Assembly: GCA_963721685.1 (NCBI GenBank)
Contig: CAVRJJ010000005.1
Span: 231,943 to 295,942 of the forward strand
Direction of reading: 5' to 3'
Origin: an uncultured bacterium
GTDB taxonomy: Bacteria > Patescibacteriota > Saccharimonadia > UBA4664 > SCTI01
DNA length: 64,000 nucleotides
Of this stretch, positions 42,403 to 52,767 are shown piece by piece. Positions within the stretch are counted from its first letter, which is position 1. Every line of letters starts with the position of its first letter. Made by a program: the position numbers and the translations under genes. Below the pieces are notes generated by a model, which saw only the letters and a program-made list of their open reading frames with translations, was not told where the DNA came from and made no database searches.

Positions 42403-44113
42403 TTAATGCTGAGCTAGAAATACCTTAAATAGTCCGTCTTTTCCGGATAGCTCATCGTAGGTACCTTCTTGTATAACCCGGCCATTATCAAATACCAAAA
42501 TGCGGTCGGAGTTGCGCAGGGTACTCAGGCGGTGGGCGACGGTAATAATAGTTTTATCTTTAAATATATCTTCCAGGACTTTTTGAATGGCGGCTTCATT
42601 ACGGTTATCAAGGGCGCTGGTAGCTTCATCAAAAATCAAGATGTCTGGCGCCTGCAGAATAATGCGGGCAATTGCCAGGCGCTGTTTCTGCCCACCGCTT
42701 AGGTTGCCCCCTTGCTCGTGAACCTTGCCGTTTAGTCCGCCTAGCGAGCCTTCAATCTCCTCCCAAATATGGGCTTTTTCGCATGCTGCTTGGATCTCGG
42801 TAACGGTGTGATGCTTGTGCCCCGCTCCATAAGTAATATTTTCTTTAATGGTACCGCTAAATAAGTACGTTTTTTGGGGGATGTAGGCTATGGTTTGGGC
42901 TAGCGCTTGGCGGTTCAACGCGAGCAGGTCTTTGTCCAGGATATCAATCGAACCCTGGTAATTATGATTAAGCCGCAACAGCAACTTAATCAACGTGCTT
43001 TTTCCGCAGCCGGAAGCGCCGGCAATCCCAACCTTTTCGCCCACCGCAATATCCAGGTTTATTTGGTCTAATATTAAGCGCTCAGGACGTGAAGGGTAGT
43101 GGTACGAAAGGTTGGATATTTTGATAGCAACGTTGGTAGATCTGGACGTTTGCGGACTCTCGGCAGCGGCGTAGGCGGGGTCAATAGGCTGGCGTTGCAG
43201 AGCGTGTAAATCTTCAACCCGGATCGAGCTTTCATGAGCCTCGTCTAAGATACGATGAATTTGGCGAAGCGGGGCGGTAATACTTAAGAATAGGATTGAG
43301 TACACCAATATATCACCCTTGGTAATTACTCCTTGGCTGGCAAGGTAGATGGAAAGACAAATCACGAGCACGTAGAAAAATCCTTCATTAAGGTATTTGG
43401 CAGCGTCATAGAGCGCCATCTGAAAATGGTGCTTAATCTCACGCTTGCGCAAAGCTTCAGCGGAAGCTTCAATCCGGTCCAGTTCCACACCGGTGGTATC
43501 AAGGCTGCGGACGGTTTCAATCCCGCCTAACACCTCAACCACGGCCGCGTCGGTGGTTTCCTTGCCGCGTAGCAAGGCGATGCGGATACCCTTCTGGCTA
43601 GCGATTTGCTTAACAATAATATAAAGACCGGCGGGAATAACCAGCAGCATAACGGTAGCGATGAGCGGCTTATGCAGTAACGCGATACCAAGAGCGGCGA
43701 GCGCGCTAAAGGCGGCGGGCAGAAAATCGAGAAAGCTCAGCTTAATCAGGCGGATCAAGCCCCTCGATAGAACGAAAAATCCGTCCATGCAAGGCGCCTA
43801 CCCGAAAACCTTCCAGCTGATGAGTGTCGGTATGCAAGATGCGCCCAATAGTAGCGACGGTTTGCTTCTTTTCGGTTTGGGTCGCGATATTTTCCACCTG
43901 GTATTTGCGCAACACGGTTAATGCCTCACGAATGATAATAATGCCGACTATCAGCAGGATAAAACCGAATACTGAACTAAATTGGATTACATTATTAGCG
44001 GTTAATTGATCAACCAGCCGCCCCAAGATCACGGCTGGTAAGTTGGTGAGGATACCGGTAATGAGCATTACTACTCGATACCGCGGCCAAGACACGTTTT
44101 TCGGACCCGTCAA
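42403..44113 (-). pseudogene. ABC exporter (fused permease and ATPase, MsbA-like), frameshifted in an A5/T5 run near 43766-43770
   Basis: N-terminal TM segment ORF 43742-44113 plus 42403-43788 with Walker A, LSGGQKQR, Walker B and H-loop. Removing one T restores ...HGRIFVLSRGLIRL. Confidence 0.8.
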
Positions 44114-44210
44114 TCAAGCGAAAAGGTTTTGGCTGAGTCCGGCGCGGATTTCTTTAAATTCGGTGTTCATGATTGCTCTTCTGCTAAGTATATAGCTAAA
44201 TTAATTATGT

Positions 44211-45125
44211 CTAAAAGAAGTAAAGCAGGCCGATGCTTAGCGCGATTAGCACGCTGCCGATTAGTTTTTGCTTGAGGCGTTGCCGTTCATTTAAGAATAT
44301 GTAGCCGCCAATCAAGCTGAATACCATAGCACTTTGTTGTACCGGTGTGACCTTTGAGGCTTCGCCAGTAGCTAAAGCCGCGAAGAAGACCAACTCAAAA
44401 ACTGCAAAAATAGCACCGGCAACTAAGAGTTTTGTTGGCTTGGTCGGTAGTAATCGTTTGGGAATATCATTGCGTATAGCTAGTGTCAGAAACGCTAAAA
44501 CACTGCACCCGATAAAGCCAAACGACGCCAAAAAGGCAATCGAGACGTCATCCGCTAAAAGCTTAGTTAGAAGGAAAGCAAACCCAATGAACGCGGCGCT
44601 TTGAATCGCGTAGATAACATCTTTTGTAGGCTTAATGCCGGTTTTCCCAAGCGCCGCGATTGCCACTCCCACCACCAGCAACACGATGGCAATGACTTTA
44701 CTGCTAGTAACGCGCTCGCTAAAGAGAAAATAAGCGCCTGCCAATACAACGATATGGCGCAGCTGGGCAATAATCTGGAAAACTGACGCTTCAACCGTCC
44801 GGAGCGACAGAAAAGTAAAAAGGTCGACCAGGAAATAGGTGAATGTTGAGAGCAGCAGTAGGCTCCAGTTTTCAAGGTTTGACGGTGGGTTGAAGTAATA
44901 CAGTGCAACGGGTAACAAAAGAATTCCAGCAATGCCATTATGGACTGCCATGAAGGCTACGGGATTTCCACCGCGCGTAAGAGTTGAACGTATGAGGAGG
45001 CGGTTTATCGCAAATAAAAGGCCGGCCAGAAGTGCAAGAGTGAACCACATGATAGTTAAGATCCTACCTAATATGTAGCCAAAAGCGAAATGGTTGTACA
45101 ATGTAGTTATGGTTATATCGGCCAT
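44211..45125 (-). CDS. EamA/DMT-family transporter
   Basis: About 10 TM helices with a two-EamA-repeat pattern. Confidence 0.55.
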   Translation of the reverse strand: MADITITTLYNHFAFGYILGRILTIMWFTLALLAGLLFAINRLLIRSTLTRGGNPVAFMAVHNGIAGILLLPVALYYFNPPSNLENWSLLLLSTFTYFLVDLFTFLSLRTVEASVFQIIAQLRHIVVLAGAYFLFSERVTSSKVIAIVLLVVGVAIAALGKTGIKPTKDVIYAIQSAAFIGFAFLLTKLLADDVSIAFLASFGFIGCSVLAFLTLAIRNDIPKRLLPTKPTKLLVAGAIFAVFELVFFAALATGEASKVTPVQQSAMVFSLIGGYIFLNERQRLKQKLIGSVLIALSIGLLYFF

Positions 45126-45645
45126 TTTACCAACACAAGCAGCTCTACCGGGAATTTCCGGGTTAAGCCTTGATGCCCTTATTATCGTAACAACCTTATT
45201 ACTGCTGGTTTATAGCGTGGTGCGGGGCCATATGGCGCTGATCCGTGAAGCTATTAGTATCTATGTTGGGTTGGTGCTGGCCTCAAGTTTGGGTACTCCG
45301 GTATATGATTATCTTTCAAGCGGGTCACTGGAAAGTCTTCCTATTAGCGAAACCTTGGTTAAGCTGTTCTTGCTGCTGGCTCCGGTGGTCATTTTGCAGT
45401 TTGGGCGTCATCACGCCAAGGGCGGGCATAAGCACAATATCATTATCACCTTTGTACTGGCGGCGCTTACCGCCTTTCTGTTGATTTCCAGTGTGCTCAA
45501 CCAGCTGGACCCGCTAACGCTAAACAACGCGATTGAAGATTCCAACTTAGCGGCGTGGATATATGAGTTTAAGCTGGGATGGCTGGGCGCGGTGCCGCTG
45601 GCCATCGCGGCGAGCTCGTTTTTCAAGCGCCGGGGCCACCACTAA
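45094..45645 (+). CDS. CvpA-family membrane protein
   Basis: Four to five TM helices with a CvpA-like pattern. 183 aa. Confidence 0.4.
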   Translation: MYNVVMVISAILPTQAALPGISGLSLDALIIVTTLLLLVYSVVRGHMALIREAISIYVGLVLASSLGTPVYDYLSSGSLESLPISETLVKLFLLLAPVVILQFGRHHAKGGHKHNIIITFVLAALTAFLLISSVLNQLDPLTLNNAIEDSNLAAWIYEFKLGWLGAVPLAIAASSFFKRRGHH

Positions 45646-45688
45646 ACTTGGCAAGTGCCAGGAGTTAAAGGTATACTAAACCAGTTCC

Positions 45689-45765
45689 GGGCCCATAGCT
45701 CAGTTGGTTAGAGCGAGAGCCTTTTAAGCTCTGCGTCCTGGGTTCGAATCCCAGTGGGCCCTCCA
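45689..45765 (+). tRNA. tRNA-Lys (UUU)
   Basis: GGGCCCA acceptor. Anticodon stem AGAGC/GCUCU with loop CUUUUAA. T-arm GGUUCGAAUCC. CCA encoded. Confidence 0.85.
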
Positions 45766-45854
45766 TTAAGAATAAAATCAGCAAAAGTCGTCTCATTTTG
45801 GGACGATTTTTTAAAATGACCTAGTATACTACCATAAGAGATTAACTTTAAATT

Positions 45855-46445
45855 ATGACGAAAATACCAGTATCTATCAGTCAGCTTGCAAAATATGGAC
45901 TCGACTACGTCAGTCTGATTTCTAGTAGTGGCTCAAGAAGTAGGCCAGTAAAGACTGACAAGATGGATGCTGAGTTATTGTCAGTGCCTGACTTAGTTTT
46001 CAAAAATGAAGTTGAAGCCATCACGATCGAACTAATTACGTCCCTAGACAGTGAATATGATCCGGATACTCCCGATGAGGATAAAAGCGACGAGCAGCGA
46101 CGAGCAGAAGAACGTGTCACGCGTGACCGCGAAATCTTAAATAAAATTCAAGAAATTGATACCAAAATAAAAACTGATGAGTACACAAAAAGAGTTGTAT
46201 TACAGAGTGGATTTGTATCTTTCGAAGCCAAGCGTTTCCTTGAAGCTGAATACAACGAAGAATATGAAAAATATGAAGGTCCATTATTACAAGTTCCCGT
46301 GGCGGCCATTAACTTCAAGTACAGCGCCGTCGGAGTCAGCGTAGTTATTGACCTGCCTGACAGCTACGTTGAGATATTGAGTGGCCCGTTTAAAAATTAC
46401 TTGCCACAGCAATACTATGACGAGATATTTACTTCCACCCTCTAA
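45855..46445 (+). CDS. hypothetical acidic protein (island gene 1)
   Basis: 196 aa, no SD, no motifs. Confidence 0.4.
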   Translation: MTKIPVSISQLAKYGLDYVSLISSSGSRSRPVKTDKMDAELLSVPDLVFKNEVEAITIELITSLDSEYDPDTPDEDKSDEQRRAEERVTRDREILNKIQEIDTKIKTDEYTKRVVLQSGFVSFEAKRFLEAEYNEEYEKYEGPLLQVPVAAINFKYSAVGVSVVIDLPDSYVEILSGPFKNYLPQQYYDEIFTSTL

Positions 46446-46593
46446 CGCAGAATCTGACCCTTCGTACGATGGCGTAATAGCAGCTACTCGATTCACAGGT
46501 AGTGGTGTTTGAGGATGAGGAAAAGCGTGAATAAGCGGTAATTCTGAGGCCAGGGGTTCGCGAACCGTTTCAGAAAAACTAAAGGAACTCGAC

Positions 46594-49359
46594 GTGCCTT
46601 TCTTGTATGGCTACATACCAGACAAAACCTCGAAACTCTACACTGAAGCCGATGAGAAAGACAGTGCCGCGAATACTCTACTTGCATTGAACCGAGAATT
46701 TCAAAAAGGCAAAGTCGGCGACCTAAAAGAGCCTCTCGAATTGCTAACAGACCGTTTCAATATCTTCACCGATAATCTAGATAATGAGCGCTCAATATAT
46801 TCCCTTTATGAGGAGCGTAGGAGTATAGGCTACATTGAGCTTTTTTATGCGTATGGGGTGGATATCGCATGGTATGACCAGCTAGTGAACCTAGAGCAAT
46901 CAATTAGTGAAGCAGAATCTAAGGTTAATGAATTCGAAAAGAGTCGCGGTAAATTTATTAAAGCCGCTGATTCTAAGTTTAAAGATCTAGAGATAGATTA
47001 TCAGGCCACCATAGATGCTATTGAAGAAATCAACACCTATTTCAAGGCAAACATGCCCGAAAGGTCTGGCTGGATAGGCAGTAAATTAAATGACACTAAG
47101 CTGCGCAATGCGCTAAAGAAATCCTGCCGCAACATACTTCAAGAGATCTACGTAGAAATTGAGAAAATTCTTTTCTCGGATAACACTAAGTCTGCCCGCT
47201 TACAGCTACTTGATAGGGTTGAAGAATACTTTAGCTATTCTAGTGAACTGGAAATGCTGGCACAAAGCCGCTCGGCGCTACAAGAGCTTCTAGGGAGTAA
47301 GGGAATGCCGTCGACGACTTATGTAAATCTGAAAAAAGTCATCGATGAGCATGGCAAAGACAAAGTATTTAAAGATTTAACTAAATACGATGAAATATCC
47401 GATCAGATAAACGAGGTGGCATTATACTCAGCAAATGAGCTGAACCGTGAGATAAAAGATATTCGGAAGTTCTACAGAACTAATACTACAAATTATGTGC
47501 GAAATCGCATCCTAACAAGAATAGGCGAAATAAATAACAGCAAAGACATAAAAGCCACATTAGCTCAGGTTGCCAGAAGCCTCACCAAGAGTAAGAAAGC
47601 AAATAAGACATTTGATAGGCTAAAACATAACGAAGACAACTTTAGCGCAATGTCCAAGGTACTCCCTATTTGGATGATGAGCCTAGATGATGTTAGTCGT
47701 ATTGTGCCGCTACAAATGAACGCATTTGATTATGTAATTATCGATGAGGCGTCACAGTGTAACTTTGCATACGCTTTCCCTGCTATGTTCCGAGCCGAAC
47801 ATACTATTTTCTTCGGCGACACTTTGCAGATGCGGGATGACAACATTATGTTTAAGTCAAATGACCAGCTAAGTGCTATAGCCAAGAAACACAAAATACC
47901 TGATGTGTACCAAATCAAAGCCGAGGAAGATACTGTTAAGTCGGTAATGGATATCGCGCACTTAAATGGCTTCAAAACTACTACTCTCAAATACCATTAC
48001 CGTTCGCCTAAAGAACTTATTGGCTTTTCTAACGAGTCATTCTACGAGCCCATCGGACGTAAGCTGGAAGCCGTCAACGATAATATAGTGCCATTCAAAA
48101 ATACTGGACGCGTCATGATGAATCACTTAGTTAAGCCGAATGACTCAGAAGAAACATCGGATAAAACTAACTTAGCCGAGGTGCAGAAAATTCAGCAGCT
48201 AGTTGATGAGATTAGAGAAGACCCTATATTGAAGGACAAGTCGATTGCTATTCTGACGTTCTTTAATGAACAGGCCGAGCTAATACGAAATACGATTACG
48301 GATGAAGATATCAAGGTAGCAATCATCGACGGCATTCAAGGCGACGAGAAAGACATTGTTATTTATTCCTTTGTGATCAAAGACCCTAGCGATAAGAGGC
48401 GTTACATAAACCGAACTGGCGAAGGCGGTGAAATCAATAAAGACATTGCAGCGGGTCGAGTGAACGTAGCGTTTAGTCGTGCAAAGCTACAAGTTCATTG
48501 TGTAACGTCAATATCGCCAGAACTATGGCCTACGGGCATCTGGATTAAGAAGTATCTGGAATATGTCGAGAAGTATGGAGTTGTATCGCGTCGGCACATT
48601 AAATCTGAGCAACAATTTGATTCTGAATTCGAAAACCACGTTTATACTTACCTTGCCAAGAAGTTAGATGCAAATGATTATACGATTGAAACACAAACTG
48701 AATCACTAGGCTTTAAGATTGACATGACAGTACATCACAGTGGGAGAAAACTCGCCATCGAATGTGATGGTCCGACTCACTTTGAGGGTGGGGACGGTCA
48801 AGTATACGTTCAAAGCGACTGGGAGCGTCAGGGCGCATTAGAGGTTGCTGGTTGGAATTTCTATCGTATTTCGTATTTCGACTGGGTTAACGATCGGTCA
48901 GGAGAAGAAAAAGCTCTGACCGACTTTATAGCGGAATACTTTGACAATGACCACAAGATTGGCAAGACTAATGTTGTTAGAGTGCTAGAGAAAGAAACTG
49001 TAGCTCCTGTAGATGCTCCAGCAGAAATGTACGTCACCGATTTCTCCGATGAGCAGGTAGACAACATAAATGCCGTGCAAGGAACCTCTAAGCCAAAAGT
49101 CGATAAGCCTAAGACCCCAGCTAATAAAGGATTTAGCGTTGGTTCGCGTGAAGTAAACCAAGACGCATTTGGCGAATACTTGCAAGGCCGCATCTCAAAA
49201 TCGATCAACATTCGATATCAATCTACTAGGGCTGGCAGTGCAAAGTTCTGGCGTACGTTATCTCTCGTTGAGTTTGATGGTACGTATTTTTCAGCGTTTG
49301 ACTCGTACGCGGGCATGAACAAGAAGTTTCGTCGAGACCGAGTTGTAGAATTTAAGTAA
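46594..49359 (+). CDS. Upf1/DNA2-like SF1 helicase core lacking Walker A, fused to a DUF559/Vsr-like PD-(D/E)xK endonuclease domain
   Basis: GTG start with AAAGGA SD. Motif II DYVIIDEASQ, III FGDTLQM, IV YRSPKEL, V IDGIQGDEKDIVIYSFV, VI RVNVAFSRAK, then AIECDGPTHF...D. No GxxxxGK[ST] anywhere in the 921 aa. The N-terminal 330 aa is coiled-coil-like. Confidence 0.7.
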   Translation: MPFLYGYIPDKTSKLYTEADEKDSAANTLLALNREFQKGKVGDLKEPLELLTDRFNIFTDNLDNERSIYSLYEERRSIGYIELFYAYGVDIAWYDQLVNLEQSISEAESKVNEFEKSRGKFIKAADSKFKDLEIDYQATIDAIEEINTYFKANMPERSGWIGSKLNDTKLRNALKKSCRNILQEIYVEIEKILFSDNTKSARLQLLDRVEEYFSYSSELEMLAQSRSALQELLGSKGMPSTTYVNLKKVIDEHGKDKVFKDLTKYDEISDQINEVALYSANELNREIKDIRKFYRTNTTNYVRNRILTRIGEINNSKDIKATLAQVARSLTKSKKANKTFDRLKHNEDNFSAMSKVLPIWMMSLDDVSRIVPLQMNAFDYVIIDEASQCNFAYAFPAMFRAEHTIFFGDTLQMRDDNIMFKSNDQLSAIAKKHKIPDVYQIKAEEDTVKSVMDIAHLNGFKTTTLKYHYRSPKELIGFSNESFYEPIGRKLEAVNDNIVPFKNTGRVMMNHLVKPNDSEETSDKTNLAEVQKIQQLVDEIREDPILKDKSIAILTFFNEQAELIRNTITDEDIKVAIIDGIQGDEKDIVIYSFVIKDPSDKRRYINRTGEGGEINKDIAAGRVNVAFSRAKLQVHCVTSISPELWPTGIWIKKYLEYVEKYGVVSRRHIKSEQQFDSEFENHVYTYLAKKLDANDYTIETQTESLGFKIDMTVHHSGRKLAIECDGPTHFEGGDGQVYVQSDWERQGALEVAGWNFYRISYFDWVNDRSGEEKALTDFIAEYFDNDHKIGKTNVVRVLEKETVAPVDAPAEMYVTDFSDEQVDNINAVQGTSKPKVDKPKTPANKGFSVGSREVNQDAFGEYLQGRISKSINIRYQSTRAGSAKFWRTLSLVEFDGTYFSAFDSYAGMNKKFRRDRVVEFK

Positions 49360-49360
49360 A

Positions 49361-50173
49361 TTGATGAAGGCGTTCGACAAACATAGTGACCCAAATCTGA
49401 TAAAACGAGCCTTGGATGCTGGACTATCCTCAACGCCCGGCCTCTCCATTCCCTGGGCATTATGCAAAGCTCTGTATGGTAATGCTTTAGAGTTACGGCA
49501 GCAAAGAGCGCTTGAGTGGGTTGAAATGATTCGCGACAACCCTGTTATTTTTCGCAAAGAATTATTAGAATCTTCAGATTTTCAGGACGGTTTTATAGTA
49601 GCGCTGGAAGAATACTTAAAACTTAGGACGATTTTAAAGCGTGGCTTGGCTCGCAAAATTTTTATTGGCTTTGCCCAAGTTGGAGACAAAGAACAATTTG
49701 AACTCGAACGTTACAATACAACGCTGAGCCAAATATCAGGCAATTCTTTGAAATTCTTAGCGTACATAAAAGAACTAGTCGAACCAAAACGACAAGAGCG
49801 CGTTGCCGAAACTATGGGTAACATCGATTTCAAGACGTCACCTATGCAATCAGACCAGGCCAAAAGCTACATCGAAAAACAAAACCCGCTCTCGTTCGCG
49901 TATAAGGATATTCATGTGGGTTCGGGGACGCAAATTATGCTTCCCAATAAGCCGAGTCCTAGATACCCAGGTATCACAAGCTCTATGGGCATAACCATTC
50001 AAGATAGCGATCGTACAACTCACGAAGAATGTCTTACTGAACTCGTAAGCCTCGGCTTACTCAGCCGTAGCCGATACACTACGCCTGTATCCGATAAGAA
50101 CCCAACAACTGTTTATCATGACATTTGGGACTACACGAACTATGGCAAAGGCTTTGTCGAGTTCATGAAATAA
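49361..50173 (+). CDS. hypothetical protein (island gene 3)
   Basis: 270 aa. Start is 2 nt after the helicase stop. Confidence 0.4.
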   Translation: MMKAFDKHSDPNLIKRALDAGLSSTPGLSIPWALCKALYGNALELRQQRALEWVEMIRDNPVIFRKELLESSDFQDGFIVALEEYLKLRTILKRGLARKIFIGFAQVGDKEQFELERYNTTLSQISGNSLKFLAYIKELVEPKRQERVAETMGNIDFKTSPMQSDQAKSYIEKQNPLSFAYKDIHVGSGTQIMLPNKPSPRYPGITSSMGITIQDSDRTTHEECLTELVSLGLLSRSRYTTPVSDKNPTTVYHDIWDYTNYGKGFVEFMK

Positions 50174-50436
50174 ATAACAGGGCGTACTGTCTCAAAGGAC
50201 AGCGGTACATATTGTTGAATTTCTGCCATGCCTCTACTATATATACATACATTACAGGGAATTAACCGCATAACGCCCATCCCTTTTACTCACCTGATAC
50301 TGCCCAAACCTGTCATCCAGTAAGCCTTTCCAACGGATCGACTCATCAATTAGGGTTATAAACTTATCTGACGGGGGCCCTCCAAATTGATACCTACACA
50401 AGTACTTAGTCTAGTTGCCCATGTTATTATTTCTTC

Positions 50437-51177
50437 ATGGCTTATAAAAGCGGTAATCCCGCTCTCAATAAAGATACGTTCGCTGATTTGCAGCCCACTC
50501 TAAGCGGGGTGACGATGAGCCTTGACGGTGTGGCCGCCAAGTCATTACTGCTTTTTGTATTGTGCATGGGCAGCGGTTTGTTCGGCTGGAGGTTGGCCGC
50601 CGCGCAACATGAAATGCTGGGCATATTGGTAATAGGTGCCCTTATAGCGGCCTTTATTATCGCTATTATCACCATATTCAAGAAAACTTTCTCACCGGTA
50701 ACGGCGCCGCTTTACGTCATTTTAGAAGGGTTCGCGGTCGGGGCTATCTCCCAAATATATGAAGTAGAGTTTGCCGGCATTGTGCTGCAGGCGCTGTTGC
50801 TAACGGGCGGCATATTTGTAAGCATGCTGCTCTTATATTTATTTCGAATTATTAAACCAACTAAAAATTTTATGCTTGGAGTTACCGCGGCTACCGGCGG
50901 GATTGCGTTGTATTATGTCGCGAGTATCGTAATCGGTTTCTTTGGCAAAGAGTTACCGCTAATCCACAGCAACTCCCCGTGGGGGATTGGCTTTACAGTA
51001 TTTGTCATCATTATCGCGGCGTTAAACTTAGTAGTGGATTTTGATTTTATCGAGCAGGGTGTGCGGAAAAAAGCGCCGAAATACATGGAGTGGTATGCCA
51101 GCTTTGGCCTCTTTGTAACGCTGATTTGGCTTTACCTTGAGCTTTTACGATTGCTTGCAAAACTTAGGAGCCGGTAG
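50437..51177 (+). CDS. Bax inhibitor-1/YccA-family membrane protein
   Basis: Seven-TM topology at 246 aa. Located upstream of ftsH-unrelated genes. Confidence 0.45.
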   Translation: MAYKSGNPALNKDTFADLQPTLSGVTMSLDGVAAKSLLLFVLCMGSGLFGWRLAAAQHEMLGILVIGALIAAFIIAIITIFKKTFSPVTAPLYVILEGFAVGAISQIYEVEFAGIVLQALLLTGGIFVSMLLLYLFRIIKPTKNFMLGVTAATGGIALYYVASIVIGFFGKELPLIHSNSPWGIGFTVFVIIIAALNLVVDFDFIEQGVRKKAPKYMEWYASFGLFVTLIWLYLELLRLLAKLRSR

Positions 51178-51179
51178 CC

Positions 51180-51998
51180 GTGCAGCCTAAAACGGTGTTA
51201 ATTACCGGATCATCGAGCGGCATTGGTAAAGCCGTGGTGGAGGCGTTTGCCGCTGCCGGCTGGAATGTAGCGGCGACATCCAGAAAAGCCGATAAGCAGC
51301 TATTTGAAAAATGGCACAATGTTAAGGCTTATCCTCTAGATGTTACAAATAATAAAAGTATAGAAGACGCGTTTACCGCGGTTGGGAAGGACTTTAAAAC
51401 CGTTGATGTGGTGGTTAACAATGCCGGCTATGGTTTGGATGGGGTTTTTGAAGCGATGGATGATGAACAAATCCAGCGCCAGTTTGAAACGAACGTTTTT
51501 GGGCTGATGAGCGTTACACGCGAAGCGATCAAGATAATGCGTCCGGGTGGCAGCGGGACTATTATTCAAATCGCCTCGATGGGCGGTCGCTTAGCGTTCC
51601 CCCTTTACAGCGTCTACCATGCCAGTAAATGGGCGGTGGAAGGATTTTCGGAATCTCTGCAATACGAGGTCGGCCTCTTTGGTATTCGCGTGAAAATTAT
51701 TGAACCGGGCGTTATTAAAACCGACTTTTATGGACGCAGCCGTAGTTTAGTGACGCCGCCATCGAAGCTGGGGTATGACGGCTTTGTGGCGAAAGTAGAG
51801 AAAGTTTCCCAGGATTCCGGAGCCAAGGGCCAGCCATCGGAGTTGGTGGCCGCGACCATACTCAAGGCGGCAGAGGATACCAGCCGAAAATTACGTTACG
51901 TAGTAGGCGCGCCCGCGCCGCTTTTGCTGGGCTTGCGCAAGCTATTGCCTGAGCGGATTTTTTATTGGATCGTGCGCAAGAGCTACCGGATAGGGTAA
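51180..51998 (+). CDS. SDR-family oxidoreductase
   Basis: TGSSSGIGKA Rossmann motif and YHASK (YxxxK). Confidence 0.8.
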   Translation: MQPKTVLITGSSSGIGKAVVEAFAAAGWNVAATSRKADKQLFEKWHNVKAYPLDVTNNKSIEDAFTAVGKDFKTVDVVVNNAGYGLDGVFEAMDDEQIQRQFETNVFGLMSVTREAIKIMRPGGSGTIIQIASMGGRLAFPLYSVYHASKWAVEGFSESLQYEVGLFGIRVKIIEPGVIKTDFYGRSRSLVTPPSKLGYDGFVAKVEKVSQDSGAKGQPSELVAATILKAAEDTSRKLRYVVGAPAPLLLGLRKLLPERIFYWIVRKSYRIG

Positions 51999-52041
51999 AG
52001 GCAGCCAGCAATAAAGGAACTCCTTTTGCTATACTGGGCGC

Positions 52042-52767
52042 ATGACTTCGGCAATCCAAATCTCTAAATTGTCGGTTACCCTTGGGAAAAACTTTCAAGC
52101 GCTAAGGGGTATAACCGTTGAGCTGCCCAAAGGTAAAATTATTGGATTCATAGGACCCTCGGGCGCGGGAAAGACAACGCTCATGCGCTGTATTGTCGGC
52201 CGCCAGCGCGTTGGCAGCGGGAGCGTCACAATTTTTGGCATACCCGCTGGTTCGCCTCAATTGCGGCCGCAAATCAGCTATATGACCCAGGAAGTGTCGG
52301 TCTACAGCGACCTGACGGTTAAAGAAAATATCGTCTATTTCGCGACAATCTTTGGAATTTCAAGCAAAGACGTCGAGTCGCAGGTCAATCGCATACTTGA
52401 GACGGTCGACATGAAGCCGCAGGCAAACCAGCTGGTGGAAAAACTGTCCGGCGGGCAGAAGCAGCGGGTATCGCTGGCTATCGCGTTAATCGGCTCGCCT
52501 AAATTAATGGTGTTAGACGAACCAACGGTCGGGTTGGACCCGGTGCTCCGGGAACAGCTGTGGGACCTGTTTCGAACTCTGGCCGGCAAGGGGACTACGC
52601 TCATTATTTCCAGCCACGTTATGGACGAGGCCGAGCGCTGCGACGATTTACTATTGATCCGTGACGGCGAGCTTTTGGCGCATGGGTCACCTTCCGAGCT
52701 ATGCCGGCAAACCAACACGAAATCGGTAGAACAAAGCTTTCTGGCCTTAGTAGGGGAGAAGTTGTGA
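52042..52767 (+). CDS. ABC transporter ATP-binding protein
   Basis: GPSGAGKTT, LSGGQKQRVSLA, LDEPTVGLD. Confidence 0.85.
   Translation: MTSAIQISKLSVTLGKNFQALRGITVELPKGKIIGFIGPSGAGKTTLMRCIVGRQRVGSGSVTIFGIPAGSPQLRPQISYMTQEVSVYSDLTVKENIVYFATIFGISSKDVESQVNRILETVDMKPQANQLVEKLSGGQKQRVSLAIALIGSPKLMVLDEPTVGLDPVLREQLWDLFRTLAGKGTTLIISSHVMDEAERCDDLLLIRDGELLAHGSPSELCRQTNTKSVEQSFLALVGEKL

Larger units (their letters stand above)
45766..50384 (+). mobile_element. AT-rich genomic island integrated at the tRNA-Lys 3' end, bounded by a 10-bp direct repeat (GGGCCCTCCA at 45756-45765 and 50375-50384)
   Basis: Repeat seen directly. GC drops to about 40%. Three genes unrelated to their neighbours. No integrase. 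Confidence 0.5.
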
